This document shows, one piece after another, positions 49,422 to 61,139 of a DNA stretch of 64,000 bases (positions are counted from its first letter, which is position 1; each line of letters starts with the position of its first letter). The notes beneath the pieces are model-generated. The model had not been told where the DNA came from, searched no databases, and was given only the letters and a program-made list of their open reading frames with translations. Made by a program: the position numbers and the translations under genes. The stretch is from Chara braunii. Its lineage: Eukaryota; Plantae; Charophyceae. The DNA lies in the NCBI GenBank assembly GCA_003427395.1, contig BFEA01000026.1, positions 1,339,939 through 1,403,938 on the forward strand. Reading direction: 5' to 3'.

Positions 49422-49662
49422 ATACCTTTCTCGGCATTTCGGCTAAGATCAAGTGTAGTATACTAGCATCTGTTCTGGTCAGTTTAATATCTGATCCGTG
49501 GGCCATCGGGCCACAAGATGTTAAATCATTTTTTCTGGGCTGCAGAGGGGTCAGAGGGGTAGGCTTGTCTACTCGACGCCTCCAGTGTCACCTTCGTATT
49601 GCACTGCAGCGAAGTGTGGCACGGCCCTCCCCCTTCTGGGGAAATTAAAAAAAAAAAAAAAA
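49422..49662 (+). pseudogene. U2: U2 snRNA processed pseudogene, full length
   Basis: ATACCTTTCTCGGC..GGCTAAGATCAAGTGTAGTA, stems IIa/IIb, Sm-site-like ATTTTTT, loop IV ATTGCAC, then poly(A). Confidence 0.92.
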
Positions 49663-50035
49663 GCCCAGCCAGCCAGCCAGCCTGCCAGCCATTTTCCATT
49701 TTCTTTCCGTCCTTCCTTAGCCATTTCAGTAGCAGCAGCTCAGACAAGCCAGTCAGCTAGCCTGCCTGCCTGCCAGCCATTTTCCATTTTCTTGCTGTCT
49801 TTCCTAAGTTTCCTTACCCATTACATTTTTCTTCCCGTACACAGCTCTGAGATTTGTGCAGTTGAGGGAACCCCAAGACTCCAGACGCCACAGGTACGCT
49901 CAAATTGGGCTTGAGATGCCTGCAGCTGTGCCGGCTGAAGTAATTAGAAGGTCAGTTTTGTATGATAGGTGGGTAGTTTCATGCAATCCATCTAACCGCC
50001 AGATTATGAGAGTTCAGACTAGTTTGAGGTATCCT

Positions 50036-50130
50036 TTTTTTCTTCTTCTTTTTCAAAGCAGAATCTTACGATTCTGGCTCCGTTCTATTCTGGGGAGCAT
50101 CAGTCCGGTTCCTATCCAACCAGCAAGTTG
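50036..50130 (-). mobile_element. LINE tail fragment, variant motif family
   Basis: The reverse complement GGAACCGGACTGATGCTCCCCAGAATAGAACGGAGCC matches 47813-47847, and a T-rich tail is adjacent. Confidence 0.7.
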
Positions 50131-50186
50131 TTTGAGGTATCATATGAATATAGGAGGGGGAGGGTGGGGGGGGGGGGACAGAGGCT

Positions 50187-53100
50187 TGTAATGAAGCCTC
50201 CAGATTCTCAGTGGACTGTACATTGGGTCGAGGGCGAAGCTTTGCCTCGGTCGGGTCGCGTCTTAGGTTAGATTCGTAATTTTGTTTGGCTGAGGGCTAA
50301 CAGCGACAGCTGACTGTAAGGAAATTCGTGAGGGATATATCTGCAAATTTGGGAAAATTATAGGCCCGCACTAACTGAATTCCCTACAGCTACCCTAACT
50401 GCGTATGGCAGGCCGGGGCTACCCCTAGGATGGACAGGCCCTAAGGGCCTACGCCAATAGACGGTCCTATAGCCTATAGCCGGGTAGGGAGAGGCGGAGA
50501 GGTCGAAACGAAAAACGGTACCGGTCAGTCCTATCAGTCCGGTCTAGTTCGTGTCTAGGCTAGGGTAGACTATAGATAGGATGGGCACATCGGTTCAGGG
50601 CTTTTGGCGGTTGGTACCGAGTACATCGCTGCTGTGCAACGCGTGAACCGGAAGTGGTGACGGCTCAGCGTTGAGGGAGATAGACATAGCCAGACCTGCG
50701 GAGTGCCAGCCATATCTGGGACCTGCGCTATACTCCATCAGCACACAGGGCTGTACAGAGGTCTGGGCTATTCGAGGTCAGGAGAGGCGGCGCTGCTGCA
50801 GACTTCATCCCGGGAAGTCATTCGACACTTCGTCATCATCAGACACTGTGGCGCTGGTCTTCTTCTTCATCCTCTGGGTGGCGCTTCGCCTCAGAGGCTT
50901 GTTTCAGGGTGGCGCTTCCCTCTGGAGCCTGTATCTGGCTGGCGCTTGACGTTTCAGGGACTCAGGGGTAGTAATAGCGGTTCATCAGGGTTGGGGAGTG
51001 AAGCGCTGCTCATCTCTGACCAGCGCATCATAGTTCTGAGGTTATCCTTACAATTCGAGACCCTGAGTTTAATAAACACTGTTGATACTGGGTTCAAACT
51101 ATAATCGTTTCATTGTTTCTTGGATGTGATCTACTCAGCTTTCCTTTATGACTGGTTGTGAGGATTGAGCGGAGTGAATTGCACTTTCATTGTACCGTGT
51201 CATATCGCATGGTCAAGTCTTCCGTTGTTCCTGTGCGGTGTGATACTTCTATCATCTCCCCTTCCTTTTGTGTATGTATGGGCATACCTGGAAGTCTATG
51301 TGAGTGAGTATTGGTTTTTTAGACAACAGACAACCTGAATCATAACAGTTGGTATCGGAGCGATTGGATCCAGACTCTGGAGCGATTGATGAGTTGGAGC
51401 AACCACCATCATCTGGCGAGACTCTGGAGTTGAGTTTCATGGCGATTTGTCATCTTCAGGGTTTGCGACAGTGAGGGTGGTGGTGGTGAGTGTGTGGCGA
51501 GAGGAATTGGACAGAGGGTGACACACTCCTGTCCAAGGTTTTACAGGAGTGGTTGGTGATTGGTGCTCAAAAGCCTAGGAGGCTCTCAGAGGCTACTTTT
51601 AGCGTGGCGGTTCATCTGGAGACTGGCGATTGGCAAAGAAGGGATCCCCGGGTGTTGCAATTTTGGAATCGGGTCAGGATCCCCAATTTCCAAGCAGCGC
51701 AGTACAAGGTGCAGTGGCGCTGCACTGAGTTTCTCAGTTATCAGCATTTGGGACTCCGAATTCAGTGTTTCTGTCAGTTGGGGTTGAAGCGCCTCAGGGT
51801 AACCTGCTGGATCACCAAGTTTCAGGAAGTTTGGTACGTGGGAGCACTGGGAATGATCAGGGAATGAAACTGGCCAGATGGGGTTGAGCAGACAACCATA
51901 GCCAGAGTTTCACTCATCTTCTTCAGAGATAACCCTGAAGTAAGTGTGTTCCTTACTCTATTCTGTGTGGCGATTCTGAGACTATTTTCAGATTAGTGAA
52001 ATATGGTTTGTAATTCAGTCGACAATTGAAAATCGAAATTCAGACAGTGGGACAGCCACAACTAACTTTCCCTACCTATCTTCTTTGACTTCTATTAACC
52101 CTGTTTGACCTCCTTCCTGACTCAACTTTCATCTGGGACTGCTTTACAGTGTTGCGATTCATCCTGTACTGTGAATTGAGTTGTTCAGGGTCCCGTTGTC
52201 AGTGATAAAGCAAATTTGAATTTTGCGCTGCCATAGCTGAAGCTTGGCTAGACTAGGGTCAGTCACAACTTCAGTTCTGTCCGTCAGAATTCAATTTTGT
52301 CAGTCCCTGGTAAATCGCAATTCAGTGTACAGCCTGCATGTGAAATCGCATAATCAGATTTGAGGTTCAGAGTTAGTTACAGTGATTTATGTAATTCGCC
52401 ATGCCCTGGGTATGGCATACAGGGTCATACAATGGTGAAGTCTGTAGGGTAGGTCTAAAAATAGGATTACCTATAAATCGCTGCACCTTGGTCATCAGTG
52501 GACACCTGCCTATCCCTAATTAGTCACTCTGTCTAATTGTTAATCAACACTAATCAGTCCAGGACTGCATCCTGCAAGTTTTTGGTGTAGGATTTGCAAT
52601 TATTGCATGAAATTGTCGTGTCAGGGCAGTGATTGGAAAATCGTGAAATGGATTTTTGTTGAGCTCACTCTAAACTGACCCTGACCCTCAAGCAGTCTGC
52701 AGAGATTGAGCACTCACTTGCTCAGACTGACCAACTTTCTCTCTCCAGGCAGGTGATTGCAATTGAGTAAGTACTGAAGAGAAAACTCAATTCCCATTAC
52801 CTCATGTTCTGTCGTCTGTTTTATTGTTTTATTATTTATCTGAATTGTGGAAATGACGGATGTTGAGAAGGGAGAGGCTTCTGAGGTGAAGCCTGAAATT
52901 CTGCCTGACCCTTTAGAGGCTGAACTGCGTGCCCAGGAGGAGAAACTCCGCCAACAGGCACAGGCAGTTAAGGCTCTAAAGCCTTAGCTAAAAAGAAAAG
53001 AAGCAGCAGCTCAGAAGGAGGCTAGGAGAAAATTGATGGTTGCAGATATCGAGAAGATCAGGGTGTGTGGTAGTTCCAGCCAATACAATAAGGACATGGT

Positions 53101-56100
53101 TGAGTTCATCCTCTTGCAGGATGACATTCACCGTTCTTATTTTACTAACTGGGACGAGAGGATCACAAGTCTGGAGAGCAGCCACTCAACTTTTTCCAAG
53201 AAGTTGGATGACATCTCTTCCAAACTGGATCAAATCTTTACTTATTTAAAGATCCCAACCACCCTGACCGTTTCTCCATCTCCTGGGCCCTCCCAAGCAG
53301 GCCCTTAACAACCTCCACAATCCAGACCTACATCCCCTCCCTCTACACCCGAGTCAACAGCACCATCTCAGCCCTCAGTCTCATTTGATATGCAGCGGCC
53401 CACGGTGACCCCTCCACCAATGTTCTCTGGTGAGGACCCAAAGGTGGATGTTGCAGATTGGGTCACTGCACTATGACCCTGTCTGAGTGGGTTCAAATAT
53501 GACGAGGACGTGAAGGTGAGTGCCATCCTGGCTCGCCTGGAGAGGACTGCACTGAAATGGTGCACCTCCACCTCCAACAAGCAGGGGATGGAGATGGCTG
53601 ATTGGGCGCAAAGGCTGGGGGTGGCTGGATTTCTACAGGCACTGCAGGACCGGTTTGTAGACAAAGAGCAGGCCAGAAAAGCAGGAGATAAAATTTTGCG
53701 CCAGGGCCATAAAAAGTTTGACGGACCCTTGTCCAAACTGTACTCCACCTTTGATGAGAGTCTCACACTGACTCCTGAGTTGGAGATGAGTGAGCAGGAT
53801 CTGCTCATTCATTTCCTCAGGGCAGCGCCTGAGCAATTCCAACTTGCATTATTCTCTCAGGGCCACAAGGACTGGCGGTCCTTTGGCAGAGCAGCCCTGG
53901 ACTTGGAGTCGAAACTCCATATCCAGGAAGCACCTTCTGAAGGAAGGAAGGGACCCTCCTCAAAGGGGCAAAGAAGGATGAAGGGTGCCCTGTTTGCTAC
54001 TGCAGCTTTGAGTTCAGATGGTGATGCAGCATCTCAGGGTGGGACCCCTCCATCTGGGACTGCCTCCTCATCTGCTGTAGATCCTACTGTTTTTGCCCTG
54101 GCTGATGCTTTGATGGGCATGGCAAGGGGTAAAGCCCCAGCCCAGAAAGCACCAACTAGTAGCAAGGGGAAAGGTAAGGGACATGCCTCTTCCCCTGGTG
54201 CCAGAGAGTTCCACTACCACGTGACGTCCGCTGGCCAGCTGACACCCTTGATCCTTCCACCTTCCCCTGGCATGCACTTAGGATCAAGGAGGGGGTTTGG
54301 AGGAAGAGAAAGGACAAGGGTGTTTACCTAAGGTGCGAGGGGGCCACTTCCTAAAGGATTGTCCCAGTATGCCTCGCAGGTCCCTAGGCGGCTCTAGTTC
54401 AAAAAACTAGAGCCGAGAGAGGTGGAAGCAACAACTCCTTCCACCAGTGCTGATTCACTTTCTGATGAAGGTGAATCTTCACATACTCTCGCCAGTTCTG
54501 TTTTTGAACTTGCATCTTCAGGGTCCTTCACGTATGAGGACACTGCTTTGTTGCAGATCTAGGGATGGCACAAGTAAGGGTCACAGCCCCTTTGACTTAT
54601 GACCAGACTTCTCTTAGGAGACATTTCCTACTTCCCTGGACAAGCGTATTTGTGTTGTGCTGTCAGAATTTGCTGATCCAGCCATACTCAACGTCCTGAC
54701 CAGGGTTAGCTGCTGATTTGGCAAAGTTTCCCTCGTCTTGATACTGAGTGGTGTGAGCCATTGCTCCAGGCTTTCAACATCTTGTCCCTGACTCCGTGTC
54801 TGTTAGACAAGTTGGGTCCCTGCATGACTATCACTGACAGCCTGGCTGTTTATGTCTTCATGCTCCGCCATGTTGAGGTTGTTTGTTTTACTCGCAATCT
54901 CTTACGGCAGTCCTTCAGTCTAGAATGATAATTGTGGTTGAGAGCTATAGGTTCCACTATACCACTCTACTGATCGACTGCAATTGGGTCCATGTCTACT
55001 AGGGGTGAATACCCGGACCAACGACTATAGCTCAATGTCTAGGTAGCTCAACTTTTCAGCATGGTCGATTGCACTATAGTCCGGTGCCAAGTCTTACTGT
55101 GGTCATTTGACGCAATCAAGACCGACTGGCACTCTGAGTTCTCCTTCTCTTGACATCACTGTTTACAGTGCTGGTCATGAGTATAGGAGACCGGATTGCA
55201 AAATTAGGGCGCCGCCTACGGAACCTCAACTTTTCAGAAGTGGTCGATTGCGCAACAGTCAAGGACCAGGTACTGCCGTGGTTTCTTAATGCAGTCGAGA
55301 CCAGCTGACACTTTGAGGTTACCTCCTCCCGACCTTGCTGTTTGCAGCATTGATCAGGGGCACCCCGCAAGTCTCTCTGGTTCTCCACTTCAGGCAAGAG
55401 TTCTATCTCTTAACCCACTTAGTTTGCTGGTTCATTACCAGGAAATGACGTATGGGCGTGGAGGTCCACTCTCCCCGGGGCAGGTAAGTATGTAATGAAG
55501 CCTGCAGATTCTTAGTGGACTGTACATTGGGCCGAGGGCGAAGCTGGGGGCTTGCCTCAGTCGGGTCGCGTCTTAGGTTAGATTCGTATTTTGTTTGGCT
55601 GAGGGCCTATGCAAATAGACGGTCCTATAGCCTATAGCCGGGTAGGGAGAGGCGGAGAGGTCGAAACGGAAAACGGTACCGGTCAGTCCTATCAGTCCGG
55701 TCTAGGTCGTGTCTAGGCTAGTGTAGACTATCGATAGGATGGGCACATCGGTTCAAGGATTTTGGTGGTTGGTACTGAGTACATCGCGGTTGTGCAACGC
55801 GTGAACCGGAAGTGGTGACGGCTCAACGTTGAGGGAGATGGACATAGCCAGACCTGCGGAGTGTCGTCCATAGTTGGGACTCGTGCTATACTCTGTCAGC
55901 ACGCGGGGCTGTAAAGAGGTCTGGGCTATTCGAGGTTTGCTGGAGGCGAGAGAAGTTGGTGCCCTGCTGGACCCTCTCCGGAGTAGGGTTACAGGGTTGT
56001 GAAGCTGCAGCTTCTTCCTCAAAGATCATCTTGTCAGGAGAGGCGGCGCTGCTGCAGACTTCCACCCGGGAAGTCATTCGACACTTCGTCATCATCAGAC

Positions 56101-56613
56101 ATTGTGGCACTGGTCTTCTTCCTCATCCTCTGGGTGGCGCTTGGCCTCAGAGGCTTGTTTCAGGGTGGCGCTTCCCTCTGGAGGCTGTATCTGGGTGGCG
56201 CTTAATGTTTCGAGGACTCAGGGGTAGTAATAGCGGTTCATCAGTGTTGGGGAGTGAAGCGCTGCTCATCTTTGAGCAGCGCATCATAGTTATGAGGTTA
56301 TCCTGACAATTCGAGACTCTGAGTTTAATAAACACTGTTGACACTGGGTTCAAACTATTATTGTTTCATTGTTTCTTGGGTGTGATCTACTCGGCTTTCC
56401 TTTATGACTGGTTGTGAGGATTGAGTGGAGTGAATTGCACTTTCAGTGTACCTTGTCATATCGCATGGTCAAGTCTTCCGCTGTGTTTATCTCTTCCTGT
56501 GCGGTGTGATACTCCTATCCTCTCCCCTTCCTTTTGTGTATGTATGGGCATACCTGGAAGTCTATGTGAGTGACTGTTGGTTTTTTAGACAACAGACAAC
56601 CAGAATCATAACA
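50187..56613 (+). mobile_element. Non-autonomous Gypsy-type LTR element (gag only, 6.4 kb)
   Basis: LTRs 50187-51347 and 55491-56613 (TG...CA), TSD GGCT and PBS TGGTATCGGAGC at 51350-51361. No pol motifs seen. Confidence 0.93.
52853..54410 (+). pseudogene. Retrotransposon gag with in-frame stops
   Basis: PPMFSGEDPKVDVADW, a retrotrans-gag-like core, a degenerate CCHC, and a terminal AAAAAAC-TAG slippery-type site. Confidence 0.85.
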
Positions 56614-57005
56614 GGCTAGCCTGTAAAGGTCTGTATCCATCGGGGTTTGAACCCGTGATGCGTTCACCGATGCTTACACGTATGCATCGCTGGGCCAAAG
56701 GGCAGAGAACATAGCCTGACTACCCCGATTAACTCCGGCGTCCAGACTTAAATACAACCAAGCTTAGCAAATGTTGCAACTGGAAGACAAACTGCTTTAC
56801 CAGATACCCGGCCACCTATCAAGACCCTCTTTTTCTGTTACAATGAAATTCATTATGCAGTGCCTACCACCAGTTACCAAACCTCAACTGAGAAGTTCGG
56901 AGTAGGGTTCAATTGTGATTCTGCCGAAGTCGGCAGATTTTGTCCGGGTCAGACACAATTGTAAGTGTCCCTTCGGCTTTGCCATCAACGTAAGGCTGGT
57001 CTGCA

Positions 57006-57008
<3 letters not shown>

Positions 57009-57075
<67 letters not shown>

Positions 57076-57203
57076 NNNNNNNNNNNNNNNNNNNNNNNNN
57101 NNNNNNNNNNNNNNNNNNNNNNNNNNNNNNNNNNNNNNNNNNNNNNNNNNNNNNNNNNNNNNNNNNNNNNNNNNNNNNNNNNNNNNNNNNNNNNNNNNNN
57201 NNN

Positions 57204-57251
<48 letters not shown>
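57009..57251. repeat. (CT)n/(CA)n microsatellite spanning a gap
   Basis: Seen directly. Confidence 0.95.
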
Positions 57252-57253
<2 letters not shown>

Positions 57254-58880
57254 ATCAGTTTTCTGTCTGTTAGTCTTTTTCCTGTTGTTTGTCCTCCCTC
57301 TAATTTTTTCTGAGTATTTTTCTCTGTGCCCAACTGAGCACCCTTAAGTAGTGCCAAACAGTCGGTGGTTCCTCGTTTGGAGTGCCAACTGCACTCTTAG
57401 GGGGGGCGCTCGGTTCGGGATGTCTGTGTTGCCTATGGGTGATGACGGATGCTCGTCGGAGTGTCTCCCTGGCTCAGTGGGTGGTGGGAACCAACAGTCT
57501 GCGGGGTTCACCTGTGATGTGAGTAGGTGATGTGCTGCTTTGCTCCGTGTTGGATGTGTGGACGACCCCGTCTGCGCTCCACCACTGCCTTGCTGCCCGT
57601 TCCTCTTGCCTCGCAGGTCGTTCTTGGCATGCTGCTGTCTTCGCTGTGTGGAGTGGCCAGGTTGTGGTGTTGCCTTGTGCTTCGCTGCTTCGTTGCCTTG
57701 CCGCCCGTCCGTTGGTCGTGCCTTTTGGGTTCTTTGCTTGTGCGCCCTGTAGTTTGGTTGCTGTGTTGGGGTTGCCTTGTGCTCCTCAGCATGGTCGCTC
57801 TGCTGGTTGTCCGCTTGCGCTCTCGTCCCTTGCAGTGTGGTTGTCTTGGTAGTGTTGCCTGACGCTTCACTGCTTGGGTGCCCTGCTGCGAGTTCGGCGT
57901 GTACCGTGTTGCTCCTTGCAGTTGTTTTTGGCGTTGTGCAGCCATGTTGCCTCTACTGCGCTGCCTGGTGCTCCACAGGGTTGCTGCCCGCTACTATGTT
58001 CCGCTTGGGTCCTTTGCTTGTGCGCCCTGTAGTTTGGTTGCCATGTTGGGGTTGCCTTGTGCTCCTCAGCATGGTCGCTCTGTTGCTTGTCTGCTTGCCC
58101 TCTCGTCCCTTGCAGTGTGGTTGTCTTGGCAGTGTTGCCTGGTGCTTCACTGCTTAGGTGTCCTGCTGCGAGTTCGGCATGCTGTGTCGTTCCTTGTAGT
58201 CGTTTTTGGTGTTGTGCAGTCGTGTTGCCTCTACTGCGCTGCCTGGTGCTCCGCAGGGTTGGTGCCCGCGGCTATGTTCTGCTTGGGGACAGTCTGCCTT
58301 CAACAAGGGTCAAAGGGTTCATGACCCAAACCATCATATACGGAGATTCCGCAGATTGTGGAGGGTTCAGCCTCCTGATGAGTCGGTGCAACTCTGACGA
58401 AGCAATCTTTCATCAATTTTTTTTTCTCATTTTTTTTTTTCCAGTCGTTGTCTGTTTTATACTTGTTTTTTTTGTGCTGTTTTTGCATGGTTGTTGTTTG
58501 GCTGGCTGCTGTTTCCCTTGCTGCCTTATGTTGTTTGCTTGCCCATTCGTCTACCCCATACCTTTCACCCAGTGTGCTTTGTTGTTTTGTGCTGTTTGCC
58601 TTGTGTCGTTTGTTTGCCCACCCGCCTCCCCCGTGCCCTCCATCCTGTGTCCCTTGTTGCGGCTTGTCGTTCTATGCCTTACTGGTTGTGTCTTGTGTGC
58701 CCTCGACCTTTCAGGCTTGGGATTGTATATTTTTTCTATCTTCTGTATGCCTAGTGGACTTGCAGTGCTACTTTAAGGGTTGTCTATTGACCTGACTCAC
58801 TCAGATGCGTGTTTCCTCCTGAAGTATTGTGTCAGTACGGGGCACAGTATCTGTGCCGGAGATGTTCGCCATGTGTCTTT
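57252..58880 (+). mobile_element. ORF-less hammerhead-bearing element, copy 1 (flanked by CA repeats)
   Basis: Homologous to the reverse complement of 58975-60203, G/T-rich and A-poor, with a ~280-bp internal duplication (57726-58285) and an HHR at 58353-58408. Confidence 0.75.
58353..58408 (+). ncRNA. Type III hammerhead ribozyme, degenerate
   Basis: Same family as 35757. CUGAUGA is intact, but the core reads GAAG instead of GAAA and the cleavage triplet is GUG. Confidence 0.8.
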
Positions 58881-58974
58881 GCACACACATCAACACACAC
58901 ACACACAGGCATGCCAACATACGAGCGGACCACGGACCTCATGGACACATCACGGCAGGAGCTCAGATTGACAG

Positions 58975-60203
58975 TTGGGAGAGAAAGAGTGAGTTGAGAG
59001 GATAGGCAAACAAAAGGCAATGAGGCAAAGGACAAGAGGCAACAAGACAATAGCGACAAGCCGCAGCAAGGGACATAGGCTGGAGGGCAGGCAGGAGGAC
59101 GGTGGACAGACAAACAGCACAACACAGTGAAGGAAAGAGACATAAAGGCTGGAGGGTATGGGGCAGGCGGATGGGCAAACAAACAACATAAGGCCATGAA
59201 GAAAATGGAGATGAGCCAAAAGGTAACAAGGCAAGCAAAGGAGACTACAACAAGCCAAGAAGCAGTCTTGGACAGTCAAAAAGAAGCAAAGAACATAGGC
59301 TGGAGGGCATGGGTGAAGCAGTGGGCAGACAAACAGCACTAGGCAGCAAAGGAAAAAGCAACAAGTCACGAAGCAGCAAGGCAGACAAAAAGAGCAAGAA
59401 CCAAAAACCACAAAGCGAAAAAAATAAAACTGATGATAGGTTGTTTCGTCGGAGTTGCATCAGGAGGCTGAACCCTCGACAATCTGCGGAATCCCCATAT
59501 TGATGCTTTGGGTGATGAACCCTTTAACCCTTGTTGAAAGCAAACTGTCCACAAGTGGAACACAGCAGCAAGCAACAACTCAGTGAAGCACCAGGCAACG
59601 CTTCCGGAGCAACCCAACTGCACAACACCAAAAACAAACTGCATGAATGACAACGCAGGCGGACGAGCAGCCCGGCAACAGTGCAGCGAAGCACAAGGCA
59701 ACACCAACAAAGCAGCCAAACTACACAGCACACAAGCAAAGAATGTGAAAGGCACGCCATGTGGATGGGCGGCAAGGCAACAGCACAGTGAAGCACGAGG
59801 CAACACAAACACCACAGCCACATCACACAGTGAACACAGCAGCTGCAAAGAACGACATGTGAAGCAAGCAGGACAGCAGCAAGGCAGCAGCAGAGCGCAG
59901 GCAAGGCCATCTACACATCCAACATGGAGCAAAGCGGCAAATCACCTACTCACATCACAAGTGACCCCCGAAGACTGTTGGTTCCCACCACCTGCTGAGC
60001 CAGGGAGTCACTCGGACGGACGTCTGTCATCACCCATAGACCATATGCACCTCAGACATCACAGACCGACCAGCCTCCCTAAGAGTCCTGCAGGCACTCC
60101 AAAAACCGACCACATACTGTTTAGCACTTCTTAAAGGTGCTCACTCAGACAGAAAGCATTAGAAAAGTTCAAGAAAGAACAAATACACACAGACAACTGA
60201 TTG
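58975..60203 (-). mobile_element. ORF-less hammerhead-bearing element, copy 2 (inverted)
   Basis: Diverged inverted homolog of copy 1 that begins beside (TG)n at ~60204. Confidence 0.75.
59439..59485 (-). ncRNA. Type III hammerhead ribozyme, 8-nt deletion
   Basis: GUC triplet and GAAA are intact, but AGTCGGTG is missing after CUGAUG. Confidence 0.75.
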
Positions 60204-61139
60204 TCTGTGTGTGTGACTCTATGTGACACTGTGTGACACTGTGTGTTAGGTTGTCACCGCAACAACCCCTTGTCCACTCAAATGAGTAGACCCCAAATTG
60301 AAACAGGCCTACCTTACAATCTTCTATCAAGTTGTGCTTAGTTGTACATGGTATAATTTTAAATTATTGTGATGTTTTGATAATTGTAATGTTTCAATGA
60401 AACAACCATTTCATTATTGTATTCTGAGTGGTGCAAGGTTCACCATGCAGACACCTGTTTACTTTTCAGCAGACCTATGCTTTATATTTTGTCTGTTACC
60501 TTAATGATGCTCATTCATATGCTTGTAGTTGTTCCGCATGAGGGAAGGGAGGATGCAGAGAGGGAAGGGGAGGAAGAGCATAAACCTCATGCGTGTGTCA
60601 ATGGGTGCGTCAGGCTGCGACGTGTTTCTTTGGCTCTCTTTCCTCCCCTCCCCTCCGCTTCTCCCTCCTTCCCTTCTACCTCATCGACCCTCCTCTCTGC
60701 CCCCTTTTCCTGCCCTCCAAAGATGACAGGCCGGTCTGCAATCACACCCCCATCCTCGCTGTTCTTTCGTCTTTCTCTTTGCAATGGCCCGCACAGTTTC
60801 AGTCCGAAGATTTCTGCAGTTTCCTGAGATTTCCGAGCTTAAGTCTGTGTTGCCGTGTTTTTTGTGTGACCTTATGATGACGCATGTCTGCCTGCCTGCA
60901 TATCTGTTTGGCAATGCCTGATTTGCTGTGATTTCTGAGTTTCTATTTTGCTGTGTTGCCCCTCTGACCGAAATGGACTCTATTCTCCTGCGATTGCAGA
61001 CAGGAGCACAGACCTGGTGGAACAGAAAATAAAATAGTCATAGCGAAAGAGGTCCCTGGACATGTAGAATAGTAAATAGGCATAGCGACAAAGGGTAGGA
61101 CTGAAATTGGACGAAAAAAAAGAAGATTACTCCCACCAG

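Noticed and set aside
57508-60134. Many overlapping Cys/Leu/Val- or Gln/Lys-rich ORFs
   Set aside because: Artefact of extreme strand composition bias that removes stop codons.
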